A DNA stretch of 64,000 nucleotides from Candidatus Coprovivens sp. GTDB taxonomy: Bacteria; Bacillota_I; Bacilli_A; RF39; UBA660. Positions 39,864 through 48,920 of the stretch are shown here, one piece after another; the stretch's first letter is position 1; each line of letters starts with the position of its first letter. The translations under genes were made by a program, and so were the position numbers. The notes under the pieces are model-generated. The model searched no databases, was not told where the DNA came from, and saw only the letters and a list, made by a program, of their open reading frames with translations. Where the stretch lies: NCBI GenBank assembly GCA_051892935.1, contig JBJFGS010000025.1:32001-96000 (forward strand), written 5' to 3'.

Positions 39864-40769
39864 ATGATAAAAGCCATATGCTTAGGAAGAGTTACATATG
39901 ATATAAATTTAGTCGTAGACAAGTTACCATCAGATGGCTCCAAAAATGAGTTTTTTGAAAAAAACGGCAATGTTGGAGGAGAAGCAGCACTAGTATCATG
40001 TTGTTTTTCAAAATGGGGTATTAATACTACATTCGCCGGTGTATTAGGAAATGATGTTAACGGAACAAGAATTAGGAAAATATTTGATAAATTACACATT
40101 GATACAAGATACATAGAACCATCTTTTGATAACGATACACCTATGACAATAGTATTAATTAATAAAAGTACTCAAAACTACACTGTAATTAACATATCTG
40201 ATAAATACGTAGGATTAAAAAAATGTGATTTCGATTTTACACCTGATTTAATCTTCGTAGATGGATACGATGCAGTACAAGCTAAGAACTTATTAGAAAG
40301 ATACCCTAAAAGTCTTTCAGTAATCGATGCAAGCTTAGTAACTAGTTCAGTAATTGACTTAGTAAAAAAAGCCAAATACGCTGTATGTAGTAGAGAATTT
40401 GCCGAATCAGTATCCGGAGAAAAAATCGACTTTCAAGTGCCATCTAGTATCATTAAAGCATATCAAAAATTAAAAAAGAAATATCTAAATACAGAAATAA
40501 TAATAACGTTAGGTGAAAGAGGAGCCTTATATTGCATAAATAATCAAATAAAAATAACTCCATCATTAAAAGTTAAAGTTGAAGATACACATGGCTGTGG
40601 ACCTATTTTTAGAGCAGCCATTGCTCATACATTAATAGGTGGTGGAGATATCGAAAAAGCAGTGAAAATTGGTTGTATTGCAGGAAGCCTAGCTGCAACA
40701 AAAGTAGGTGCTCTAGATTCAATTCCTACGCTAGAAGAAATAAAAAATATATATGAGCAAAACTATTAA
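39864..40769 (+). CDS. PfkB-family carbohydrate kinase with an atypical catalytic motif
   Basis: GG, G.LGND..G, ITLGERGA; DTHGCGP in place of DTxGAGD. Confidence 0.82.
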   Translation: MIKAICLGRVTYDINLVVDKLPSDGSKNEFFEKNGNVGGEAALVSCCFSKWGINTTFAGVLGNDVNGTRIRKIFDKLHIDTRYIEPSFDNDTPMTIVLINKSTQNYTVINISDKYVGLKKCDFDFTPDLIFVDGYDAVQAKNLLERYPKSLSVIDASLVTSSVIDLVKKAKYAVCSREFAESVSGEKIDFQVPSSIIKAYQKLKKKYLNTEIIITLGERGALYCINNQIKITPSLKVKVEDTHGCGPIFRAAIAHTLIGGGDIEKAVKIGCIAGSLAATKVGALDSIPTLEEIKNIYEQNY

Positions 40770-41022
40770 AGATCCATTTACTTATTTCTTTCCCCAACTT
40801 GATATACATGGAGAAACAACTTTAACATGTAATGCAGTAATAAATTCTTTTATAAAAGATAACATTAAATTAAAAAGAAAAAATATTATAATCATTCATG
40901 GCAAAGGAAGCGGAGCCTTAAGAAAAGCTACACATGAATATTTAAAGCACAACAAAAATGTAGAAAAGTATTATATTGATGGTCTTAATGATGGTCAAAC
41001 AATAGTTGAACTAAAATTATAG
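40753..41022 (+). CDS. Stand-alone Smr domain protein
   Basis: LDIHG, IIHGKGSGALR, N.G.T.VEL. Confidence 0.9.
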   Translation: MSKTIKDPFTYFFPQLDIHGETTLTCNAVINSFIKDNIKLKRKNIIIIHGKGSGALRKATHEYLKHNKNVEKYYIDGLNDGQTIVELKL

Positions 41023-41197
41023 ATAGTTTTTAAACAAAAACATTAAAAAATGTTTAAAAACTCTTGCAAAACATCCCCATAATTGCTATAATAATGCACA
41101 AACCATTGAAAATTGAGCACAAAAAGTGAGCAAAATTTGACGGTTTTCTCTAGTAGTGTTAGAATTAAAGCACGAAAAGGAAATAGGGGGTATAATT

Positions 41198-41617
41198 ATG
41201 AAAGGATATGTTTTAGATTATATTAACGAAAATGAATTTAAAAAACTAGAAAGAGCATTAAAAAAATATAATATGCTAGCTTATAAAAAATTAAATTTTG
41301 AATATTATCCTGCATTAAGAAATGGTAAATTCGTTGGTAAAATGACTAGTCAAAATAAAAAAGCTGGTACTGAAACATACGAACTTAAATTACCAAGTGA
41401 TAACATGTTTACTCAAGTTCATGGTGACGTTAAATTAATATATACTGTATATGTAAAAGAACAAACAATTATGTTAAATACTATTACTCCATCTGATATA
41501 TTATTAGAAGGACACAAATCTGAATTAACAACATATAAAGGTATTATGATATCAAAACAAAACGCATCTAAAGATATGTTTAAAATAGACTTATTAAAAA
41601 TGTTACAAGACAAATAA
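41198..41617 (+). CDS. Hypothetical protein, possible RelE-like fold
   Basis: ggggg RBS before ATG 41198; strong promoter upstream and terminator downstream. Confidence 0.7.
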   Translation: MKGYVLDYINENEFKKLERALKKYNMLAYKKLNFEYYPALRNGKFVGKMTSQNKKAGTETYELKLPSDNMFTQVHGDVKLIYTVYVKEQTIMLNTITPSDILLEGHKSELTTYKGIMISKQNASKDMFKIDLLKMLQDK

Positions 41618-41700
41618 GAGTATAAAATACTCTTTTTTTATGTCTAAATTTGCCAAAATAAACATAATATAATAAGATATAAAACCAAAGAAGGGGTAAT

Positions 41701-42312
41701 ATGATAAAAAAATATACATTAGAATCCTTAAATATCTATATATTAATACTTAGTTCAATAATATATATAATAGGTTTATTTACAATCGATTTATTTCCTA
41801 AAACAACCAAAGCATTAATAATAGTAGGTATATTAACAATGATAATCATATCATTATATTGTTATTTAAATAAGAAAAATACAATATATAATATCGGAAT
41901 ATTTCTAACATTACTATTAAATGTAGTAATAATATATAATATAATTAACTTAAATAATAGATACGATTACATAACAAATGTCATAACAAAAAAGTATGAA
42001 TATAAAGAATATGACATATATGTTCTTAAAAAAAATCCCAAATATAATGAACTAGAAAAACTAAATAACAAAACAATTGGTATATTAAATGAAAACAATG
42101 AAAACTTTTGCAATCAAATAAACAATGATATAGAAATAAAATGCTTATACTATAGTTCATTAGATGAAATAGAAGAATCAATTAAAACAGGAATAATCCA
42201 ATCTTTTGCACTATCAAAAGAAGAACAACTAATATTAAATCAAAGTAGCTTAGATATAAAAAAACAAAGTAGAATAATAAAAACTATCAAAATAAAAGAT
42301 TCTATTAATTAG
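41701..42312 (+). CDS. Three-TM protein with a PBP-like accessory domain (LCP/CpsA N-part-like)
   Basis: Y.IYVLK...Y..LEKLNNKTIG pattern after the TMs. Confidence 0.55.
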   Translation: MIKKYTLESLNIYILILSSIIYIIGLFTIDLFPKTTKALIIVGILTMIIISLYCYLNKKNTIYNIGIFLTLLLNVVIIYNIINLNNRYDYITNVITKKYEYKEYDIYVLKKNPKYNELEKLNNKTIGILNENNENFCNQINNDIEIKCLYYSSLDEIEESIKTGIIQSFALSKEEQLILNQSSLDIKKQSRIIKTIKIKDSIN

Positions 42313-42318
42313 AATCTT

Positions 42319-43305
42319 TTATCGTTTTAAATTCTTAACAGCTGTATCCAAATCGGTTATAGATAAATTAGCCATTAAATCAATATTATTATTTTTATAA
42401 GGTAAAGCACAAGATTCATATATAGAATATAAAGAATTATTAATAACCGTGGTTTGTTCAATCATATTAGGTGCTTCTATAGTAACATAATTTAAAGAAG
42501 GATCGTTATAATCCAAAATATTTTCATCATATTTATAAATTTGTAAAATAGAAGGCATATTTTTACCAAAAGAACGACTAAATATTATATAATCGAGACC
42601 ATCAACATTATAAATAGTAACACCTTGTACCTTATCAGGTATAGAAAATTTTCTAACATAACCAAGAGTTAAAACACGCGTATTCGAATCAATTGATATA
42701 TCATACTCCTTAATAAAACCCAAACCATTCAAACTAAAATTTCCCACAAATAAATGATTATTATATACAGATAAAAAAGAAATAGAATTTAAAAATGGAT
42801 TTCTATAATTAATCAATCCACTACCTACATCAACATCAGAGTATTTCGGGAAAACATTGGAATTATGTAATATAGAATCAAAATCAAAAGCACTAACACA
42901 GCCATCAAGAGAAGCAACCCACACCAAGTTATTTTCTTTATCATAAGATAAACCACCAACATGCGATTTATTATCCAAATAAGCAGTATTCACAATAGAA
43001 CCATCATTATTTAAAGTATATACGCAAGAATTACTATTTTTAGAATAATCATAAGAAGAAATCAAAAAATATTCGCCAGTATAACATAAACCTTGAGGAA
43101 CCATTTCATCAACAATCGGTATTTTAACATCAGACATTTGAATCAAACTATCTCCCTCTGCAATTGTTGAAGAAGAAACATCATAAAGTGCACATAATGA
43201 AAAATTAGAATTTAAAACATCAGTACCATAAGAAGAACAAACAATTGCTCCCGTAAGTAAACTTAAAAAAGCAACTTTATTTTTCATTTTCATAATAATC
43301 ACCAT
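42319..43305 (-). CDS. Secreted beta-propeller-like protein
   Basis: Signal peptide; VPQGLC, SHVGGLSY and KVQGVT repeats. Confidence 0.7.
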   Translation of the reverse strand: MVIIMKMKNKVAFLSLLTGAIVCSSYGTDVLNSNFSLCALYDVSSSTIAEGDSLIQMSDVKIPIVDEMVPQGLCYTGEYFLISSYDYSKNSNSCVYTLNNDGSIVNTAYLDNKSHVGGLSYDKENNLVWVASLDGCVSAFDFDSILHNSNVFPKYSDVDVGSGLINYRNPFLNSISFLSVYNNHLFVGNFSLNGLGFIKEYDISIDSNTRVLTLGYVRKFSIPDKVQGVTIYNVDGLDYIIFSRSFGKNMPSILQIYKYDENILDYNDPSLNYVTIEAPNMIEQTTVINNSLYSIYESCALPYKNNNIDLMANLSITDLDTAVKNLKR

Positions 43306-43404
43306 AGAAAAAGTATATCAAAAAAAATCACAAAAAACATTATTAGACCTTTTATTTTAAAAAAAATATGATATATTATTATTGTTAATTTGGAGTGATA
43401 AAAA

Positions 43405-44433
43405 ATGGTGAAAAAAAAGTCAAAAACACAAAAGTATAAGAAAAATCAAAAGAAAAAAATACAAAAAGTACAAACATCTAAGAAAAATAATCAAAATAAA
43501 ATACCAAAGGAAACAAAAAAACAAAATAGTAATCAACTAGTATCAAAAGAGAATGTAAAATACAATGTAGTTTTAAATAAAATAGTTCAAAATAATACAA
43601 AAAAACAGCAAAATAATCAAACAAATACAGAAAATAAAAAAACAAGCAATAATATAATATCTAAAATTAAAAACAAAATAACTATTCTTTGTAAAAAACA
43701 AGAAAAAAAGCAATCACCAAAATCATATAATTCAAAAAGAAAAAAAGTATCACATAAAATTGAAAAAGAAATTAAAAAGTCATTGCCTTCACTAAAAACA
43801 GAACAAGATCTAAAGAAAAAAAACATTTTCATTAGACTTTTTTACGAAATTAAAAATAACACACACATAATATTTAATACCATACTAATAATTACTTTCA
43901 TAACATTATTAATAGGGCTCATAAGAATTAATGTTTTTAAAACAGGTACTATAGTATATATAAGTTGTATAATAATCTTCCTAATGATTGTTGCAATATC
44001 ATACAATAAATACATAAGTGGAAAAATTTTTACTATTATAATAACAGCAGGAATGTTCGTTGGTATATACTACATGCAATATACATACGACTATATAAGA
44101 AATTTAAATTCTAATATATACGAATATAAAACATATTATGTTGTTGCATTCGACACAACAATAAATAGAAGCATATATACAATAAATAATAAAAAAGTAG
44201 GATTACTAAAAGAAAACTGCATTAATATTGAAAGAAAACTAAATACCAAGTTAGATAAAGTAAATTATATAGAATACGAAAATATAAACGATTTATTTGA
44301 AGATTTTTACAACAGTAAATTTAAAGCAATATTAGTTAATGAAAATCAATACAATTATTTAAAAAATAAAATAGAACCAAATAGTAGAGATATAAAAATA
44401 CTATACGAATTTAAAGTAAATGCTAAAAAGTAG
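43405..44433 (+). CDS. Three-TM protein with a Lys/Gln-rich disordered N-terminus and PBP-like domain (paralogue of 41701..42312)
   Basis: YYVVA......SIYTINNKKVG pattern. Confidence 0.6.
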   Translation: MVKKKSKTQKYKKNQKKKIQKVQTSKKNNQNKIPKETKKQNSNQLVSKENVKYNVVLNKIVQNNTKKQQNNQTNTENKKTSNNIISKIKNKITILCKKQEKKQSPKSYNSKRKKVSHKIEKEIKKSLPSLKTEQDLKKKNIFIRLFYEIKNNTHIIFNTILIITFITLLIGLIRINVFKTGTIVYISCIIIFLMIVAISYNKYISGKIFTIIITAGMFVGIYYMQYTYDYIRNLNSNIYEYKTYYVVAFDTTINRSIYTINNKKVGLLKENCINIERKLNTKLDKVNYIEYENINDLFEDFYNSKFKAILVNENQYNYLKNKIEPNSRDIKILYEFKVNAKK

Positions 44434-44579
44434 TTTTTAAAAAACTACTTTTTTAAATACTTTACACATAATATAAATAAGCAACAAATAAATCGAACAA
44501 ATGATTGATTAAAAAGAAATACGAATTTATAATATATATAGAATAAAGGTAGAGTATTATTCTTAGAAAGAAGGTAAAT

Positions 44580-44681
44580 ATGAATAGTATAGAAGCATGG
44601 GAAATTTTTAAAAACACTGGAAATATAATCGATTATCTAGTATATATAAAAATTAAAAATTTTGAAATTAAAAAAAATTAA
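44580..44681 (+). CDS. YqzL-like small protein (33 aa)
   Basis: MNSIEAWEIFKNTGNIIDYLVY matches the W..F..TG.I..YL.Y pattern; aaggt RBS. Confidence 0.75.
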   Translation: MNSIEAWEIFKNTGNIIDYLVYIKIKNFEIKKN

Positions 44682-44728
44682 TATATTTAATTCAAAACTT
44701 CTGATATAATACAAAAGAAGGTGATAAA

Positions 44729-45307
44729 ATGAAAATAAAAAGAATAGTAGCTTATATAATAGATTTCTTCATCGTAAGTATTATATCATCATTGATATTC
44801 TGTTTACCATTTTTTAATAAATATAATAATGAATATCAAGAAATTACATCAGAATACCTAAAATTAATAGCTAATAGCGGCTCAGAAGAAATAGACTACG
44901 ATATAGAAAGTCAACTATTATACGATATGAGTAAATCCAGTCAACCACTATCAATAATCAATTGTGGAACGATAATACTATATTTTGGAATACTTTCATT
45001 CATATTAAATGGACAAACGCTTGGTAAAAAGATAATGAAAATAAAAGTAGCACCATTAGAAGGAAATAAGCTTAATCCCAATTTATATATGATAAGAGAA
45101 ATAATTGTAACGAATCTTATTCCCAAAATATTATCCATAATAGCATTAGCGTTCTTAAGTAAATCAAACTGGTTAATAGCTCAAAATATTATAGGATACT
45201 TGTCAAACATAACTCTTTTCCTAATTATTGGCTTTATGATCTTTAGAGATGATGAAAGAGGATTACACGACATCATATGTAAAACAAACGTTATCGAAGT
45301 AAAATAA
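44729..45307 (+). CDS. RDD family membrane protein
   Basis: KRIVAYIID, GQTLGK.IMKIKV, RGLHDII.KT.V. Confidence 0.9.
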   Translation: MKIKRIVAYIIDFFIVSIISSLIFCLPFFNKYNNEYQEITSEYLKLIANSGSEEIDYDIESQLLYDMSKSSQPLSIINCGTIILYFGILSFILNGQTLGKKIMKIKVAPLEGNKLNPNLYMIREIIVTNLIPKILSIIALAFLSKSNWLIAQNIIGYLSNITLFLIIGFMIFRDDERGLHDIICKTNVIEVK

Positions 45308-45331
45308 AACTACAAAAATAGTTTTATTTTT

Positions 45332-45523
45332 CAGAGTGTTGACAAACTACTTATCTCAAAAAATTAGAAAATTTAGTTTTGTAATAGTGGGAGTAGTTTA
45401 TCAAATTTAGAGTAATTTTAGGTTTTAAGAGTCTAAAAATTGCTCTTTTTATATATTAAAGTGGGGATTATAAAAAGCCGTATGACAAAGCCGGTTTTAA
45501 ATACCGACTTTGTCAACGGCCTG
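45332..45523. mobile_element. 192-bp MITE / internally deleted IS1182-like element
   Basis: Terminal IRs cagagtgttgacaaa / tttgtcaacggcctg; 32-bp direct repeat at 45300-45331 and 45524-45555. Confidence 0.75.
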
Positions 45524-45620
45524 TAAAATAAAACTACAAAAATAGTTTTATTTTTTTTTAAAAGTTTCTTTTCATAAACAAACATTTATATTATAATAAA
45601 AAAGAATAGGAGTATACTTT

Positions 45621-46940
45621 ATGGAAATCAAAAGAAATAAAAACTTCATAAATACATATGAAAACGAAATCAAACCATATAGAGAAAAGTATTACAAAGA
45701 CATTCTAAAATATTCAAAAGATGAAAAAAAATACCCAATCATTTCAATATATTTAATACCAATAATAACTTCAATAGTTACATTGCTAATTACAAATTTT
45801 AATATAACGGGATATATAATTTCATTCATAGAAATATTCATAATAAACTATTTAATAAAAATAGTTTTAAAATATCTAAAAATAGAACAAAATAATGAAT
45901 ATTTAGAAATCTTAAAGAAAAAAGGCTATTACTCGATTGAAGACTATGAAAAAAAACTAAAAAGTATAATAACTGGACCAAATGGATATTATCAAAAGTT
46001 GTTAAATGAATTAATAGAAAAATATAAAATAAATGAAACAACAAGAAAAGTTACAACAACATCAGGAGAAGAATACTATTATTGGACAAATACAAATCGC
46101 GATAAAATAATGCTACTAAATACAAAATATAATAAAAAACCAGAAATAAAAGCAATACATATATCTAACATAAGATATTATCGAATAGACAATGAAAAAA
46201 AATCTATTATAATAAATACATCAACAGAAATATATTCATTTAAAATAGAAAGCTCAAAAATATTCAACGAAATAATAAAAGAGAAAAAACTAGAAAATAT
46301 TACAGCTTTTAATCCAGCAACATATATAGATGATTTTGAAATATATATGCATAGTATAAAAAGCGAAGATAATAAAAAAAATCTCGAAAATTCACAAAGA
46401 ATAACTAAAAGCGTTAATTACATTATAATATTTTCAATAATCTATTTAATAATAAGTTTATTAATATTTATATTAAAAAAATATCTTTTATTATTAAATA
46501 TACTAAATGTGATAAGTATATGTATAATAAGTATAAACCTACAAATAGCGCTATCCACTAATAGAAAATACAATAAAACAGATACAGAATACATAAAAGA
46601 ATTAAACACAAATCCAGAATGTATAACTAGATTTGAAGAATTGAAATATGTTTTGGGAATAAAACCAACATATGACAACGTATACACCCCAGAAGGAGTA
46701 GAATATAAAACATGGCTAGCAAATGGATATTTTCACGTTTTCTTAAACTTAATATATTTTAATACAGTATATATGTCAGTTAAAATATCGGATGTAGCAT
46801 ATTATAAAAAAGAAGATAATGAATGTATTGTAAAATTAAAAGATAAAACCTTAGTATTTACAAGTGATTCCGAAGAGGTTTTTAGAAAAATACTACCAAA
46901 TAAAGATTATTATTGGTTAAAAGGTTATCAAAAAAAATAA
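45621..46940 (+). CDS. Membrane protein with a duplicated (2TM + PH-like) module
   Basis: ISNIRYY...F..II.EK and ISDVAYY...F.KILPNK repeats, each after two TMs. Confidence 0.7.
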   Translation: MEIKRNKNFINTYENEIKPYREKYYKDILKYSKDEKKYPIISIYLIPIITSIVTLLITNFNITGYIISFIEIFIINYLIKIVLKYLKIEQNNEYLEILKKKGYYSIEDYEKKLKSIITGPNGYYQKLLNELIEKYKINETTRKVTTTSGEEYYYWTNTNRDKIMLLNTKYNKKPEIKAIHISNIRYYRIDNEKKSIIINTSTEIYSFKIESSKIFNEIIKEKKLENITAFNPATYIDDFEIYMHSIKSEDNKKNLENSQRITKSVNYIIIFSIIYLIISLLIFILKKYLLLLNILNVISICIISINLQIALSTNRKYNKTDTEYIKELNTNPECITRFEELKYVLGIKPTYDNVYTPEGVEYKTWLANGYFHVFLNLIYFNTVYMSVKISDVAYYKKEDNECIVKLKDKTLVFTSDSEEVFRKILPNKDYYWLKGYQKK

Positions 46941-46980
46941 AATGTGATATAATAAAAAAGATAAAAGGATGTGACCAAAT

Positions 46981-48540
46981 ATGGTAAGAGAATGTACAGG
47001 AAAAGAAGTAAATAGTGAATTCTTAAGAATAATCGATCAAAGAATATCAAATTTTGTAAATAGCAAAAGTATATCAGAAGAATTAATAACAGATTATAGC
47101 GCAGTAATAGAAGCATACGATCCAGTAGAGAAACAAACAAAAATGATTTATGCAGACAAAGAAGATGAATACAAAAGCATATGCGACTTTAGAAATTATA
47201 TAAATTTTAATAGAACAACAAGCGATAATGTTTACGAAATACCAGGAATAAAAATAAAAAATGAAGACAACCCAAGCGAAGAAACAAAAATTACTATTTA
47301 TTTACCAATTGAAAATATTAAAAACATTGTCAAAATATTAATTGAAAAGAAAGATTTATTTAATGGTATAGAATTTCCACAGGAATTATATCAAATATAT
47401 TACGATAATATAATACCAGGAACAGAATACGAAGGAATCTATGCTCCACTACCTAAAAAATTAAGCGAAACAGATGAAGAATACGAAGCAGGAATGGAAC
47501 AACATTATAGAGAACATGGCATAAATAGAGAAGAACTAGAAACTTACAGGAAACCATATCCTCATGAAAATGTAGACTATAGAGATTCGATAGGACCAAT
47601 AATGACTGATACACCAAGAGAAAGCTACATTAGACGAGTAGCTACAGCTATTCCAAGAGAAATAGCTGAACCAGAAGAAGAAACTCGTGAAGGCGAAAGA
47701 AGAAGAGTTGTAGATATAGATTTAACAATCGGTCAAATATTACGTCAAGCATACCTAGGAATAAAAGGAGTAAAAGAATCAAAAGACTCTATTAAAAAAA
47801 TAGCATCAATGGTAGGAGGAACAATAATAGTAGGTTTTTCTTTGGTTAATTTTCCAATAATAACACTTGGATTGCTAGGTAGTTCCGCGGCAATCGCTGG
47901 TCTAGGTCTAGGATATAAAAACAGTAAAAATCGTGGAAAACTAATAAAAGCAATTAAGAAAAAATTTAAAGACTTTTTCAAAGGTAAACCATTAGAAGAA
48001 GTTCCAGAAAATGGCGAAGAAACCCAAACATTAGGAGAGGGCGACAGCTCACCTGCATTTGAAGAAGAGTATGATTACGATGATTATGATGAAGAGTTAG
48101 ACGAAGAAGACCTAGGACATCCTGGCGAAGGAACAACCACAACTGAAGAAGGTGAAGGCTCATCTACATCAGAAGAAGATGAAGAAGAACTAGGGCATTC
48201 AGGAGAAGGAACAACTCCACCAGGAGGAAGTGAAGAAACACCTATATCAGAAGATACATATACACCAGAAGAGCCAAGCCAATCAATTTCTGATGATCTC
48301 GAAGTTTTATTTGGTGAATTGGAATTTGAATTTAATGAAATTAAAGGAATTGAAGCAATAATAAAAAAAGAAAGATACATACTAGAGAGTATGGCAGATG
48401 ACAATCCACATAAATCAGAAGTACTAGAAAATTTACAAAAAATGGAAAATGAATTAAGAGATTATTATTTAAGATGCTACGATATGATTCAACAATATGT
48501 TGCTGGAAAATCAAAAACTATAGGAGGACCAACACAATGA
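46981..48540 (+). CDS. Acidic membrane-associated hypothetical protein
   Basis: Gly-rich hydrophobic hairpin; E/D-rich tail with LGHPGEGTT / LGHSGEGTT repeat. Confidence 0.75.
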   Translation: MVRECTGKEVNSEFLRIIDQRISNFVNSKSISEELITDYSAVIEAYDPVEKQTKMIYADKEDEYKSICDFRNYINFNRTTSDNVYEIPGIKIKNEDNPSEETKITIYLPIENIKNIVKILIEKKDLFNGIEFPQELYQIYYDNIIPGTEYEGIYAPLPKKLSETDEEYEAGMEQHYREHGINREELETYRKPYPHENVDYRDSIGPIMTDTPRESYIRRVATAIPREIAEPEEETREGERRRVVDIDLTIGQILRQAYLGIKGVKESKDSIKKIASMVGGTIIVGFSLVNFPIITLGLLGSSAAIAGLGLGYKNSKNRGKLIKAIKKKFKDFFKGKPLEEVPENGEETQTLGEGDSSPAFEEEYDYDDYDEELDEEDLGHPGEGTTTTEEGEGSSTSEEDEEELGHSGEGTTPPGGSEETPISEDTYTPEEPSQSISDDLEVLFGELEFEFNEIKGIEAIIKKERYILESMADDNPHKSEVLENLQKMENELRDYYLRCYDMIQQYVAGKSKTIGGPTQ

Positions 48541-48860
48541 TTATAGAAGAAGAAACAACAATAATACTAGATAATGGAGTTCGCTATCTATTACTTGAAG
48601 AACTTGGAGAGATAGACGGATACCCAGGAAAAACATACTACTATGCTGCTGGAATAACAAAAAACGATAAAATAAACACTAATGATATTTGTTTCGTCGA
48701 AATAGAAAAAGAAAACAACGAAATATACGCAACAAAAGTAAAAAAAGATTCTGAATTATACGAGATCTTAGCATCACTTGAAGCCGTATCATTAGCAATA
48801 GGAGAAAATCCACAACTTATAAACGAATTAGAACAAAGAATAGAAGAACTTTCAGAATAA
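48537..48860 (+). CDS. Small acidic DUF1292-like protein
   Basis: aggagg RBS; ATGA overlap with the upstream stop; ILDNGVRYLLL...YYY pattern. Confidence 0.6.
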   Translation: MIIEEETTIILDNGVRYLLLEELGEIDGYPGKTYYYAAGITKNDKINTNDICFVEIEKENNEIYATKVKKDSELYEILASLEAVSLAIGENPQLINELEQRIEELSE

Positions 48861-48920
48861 AAAATAAAGAATGTAGCTTAATGCTACATTTTTTTGTATA
48901 ATAAAAAAGGTGATTTATAA

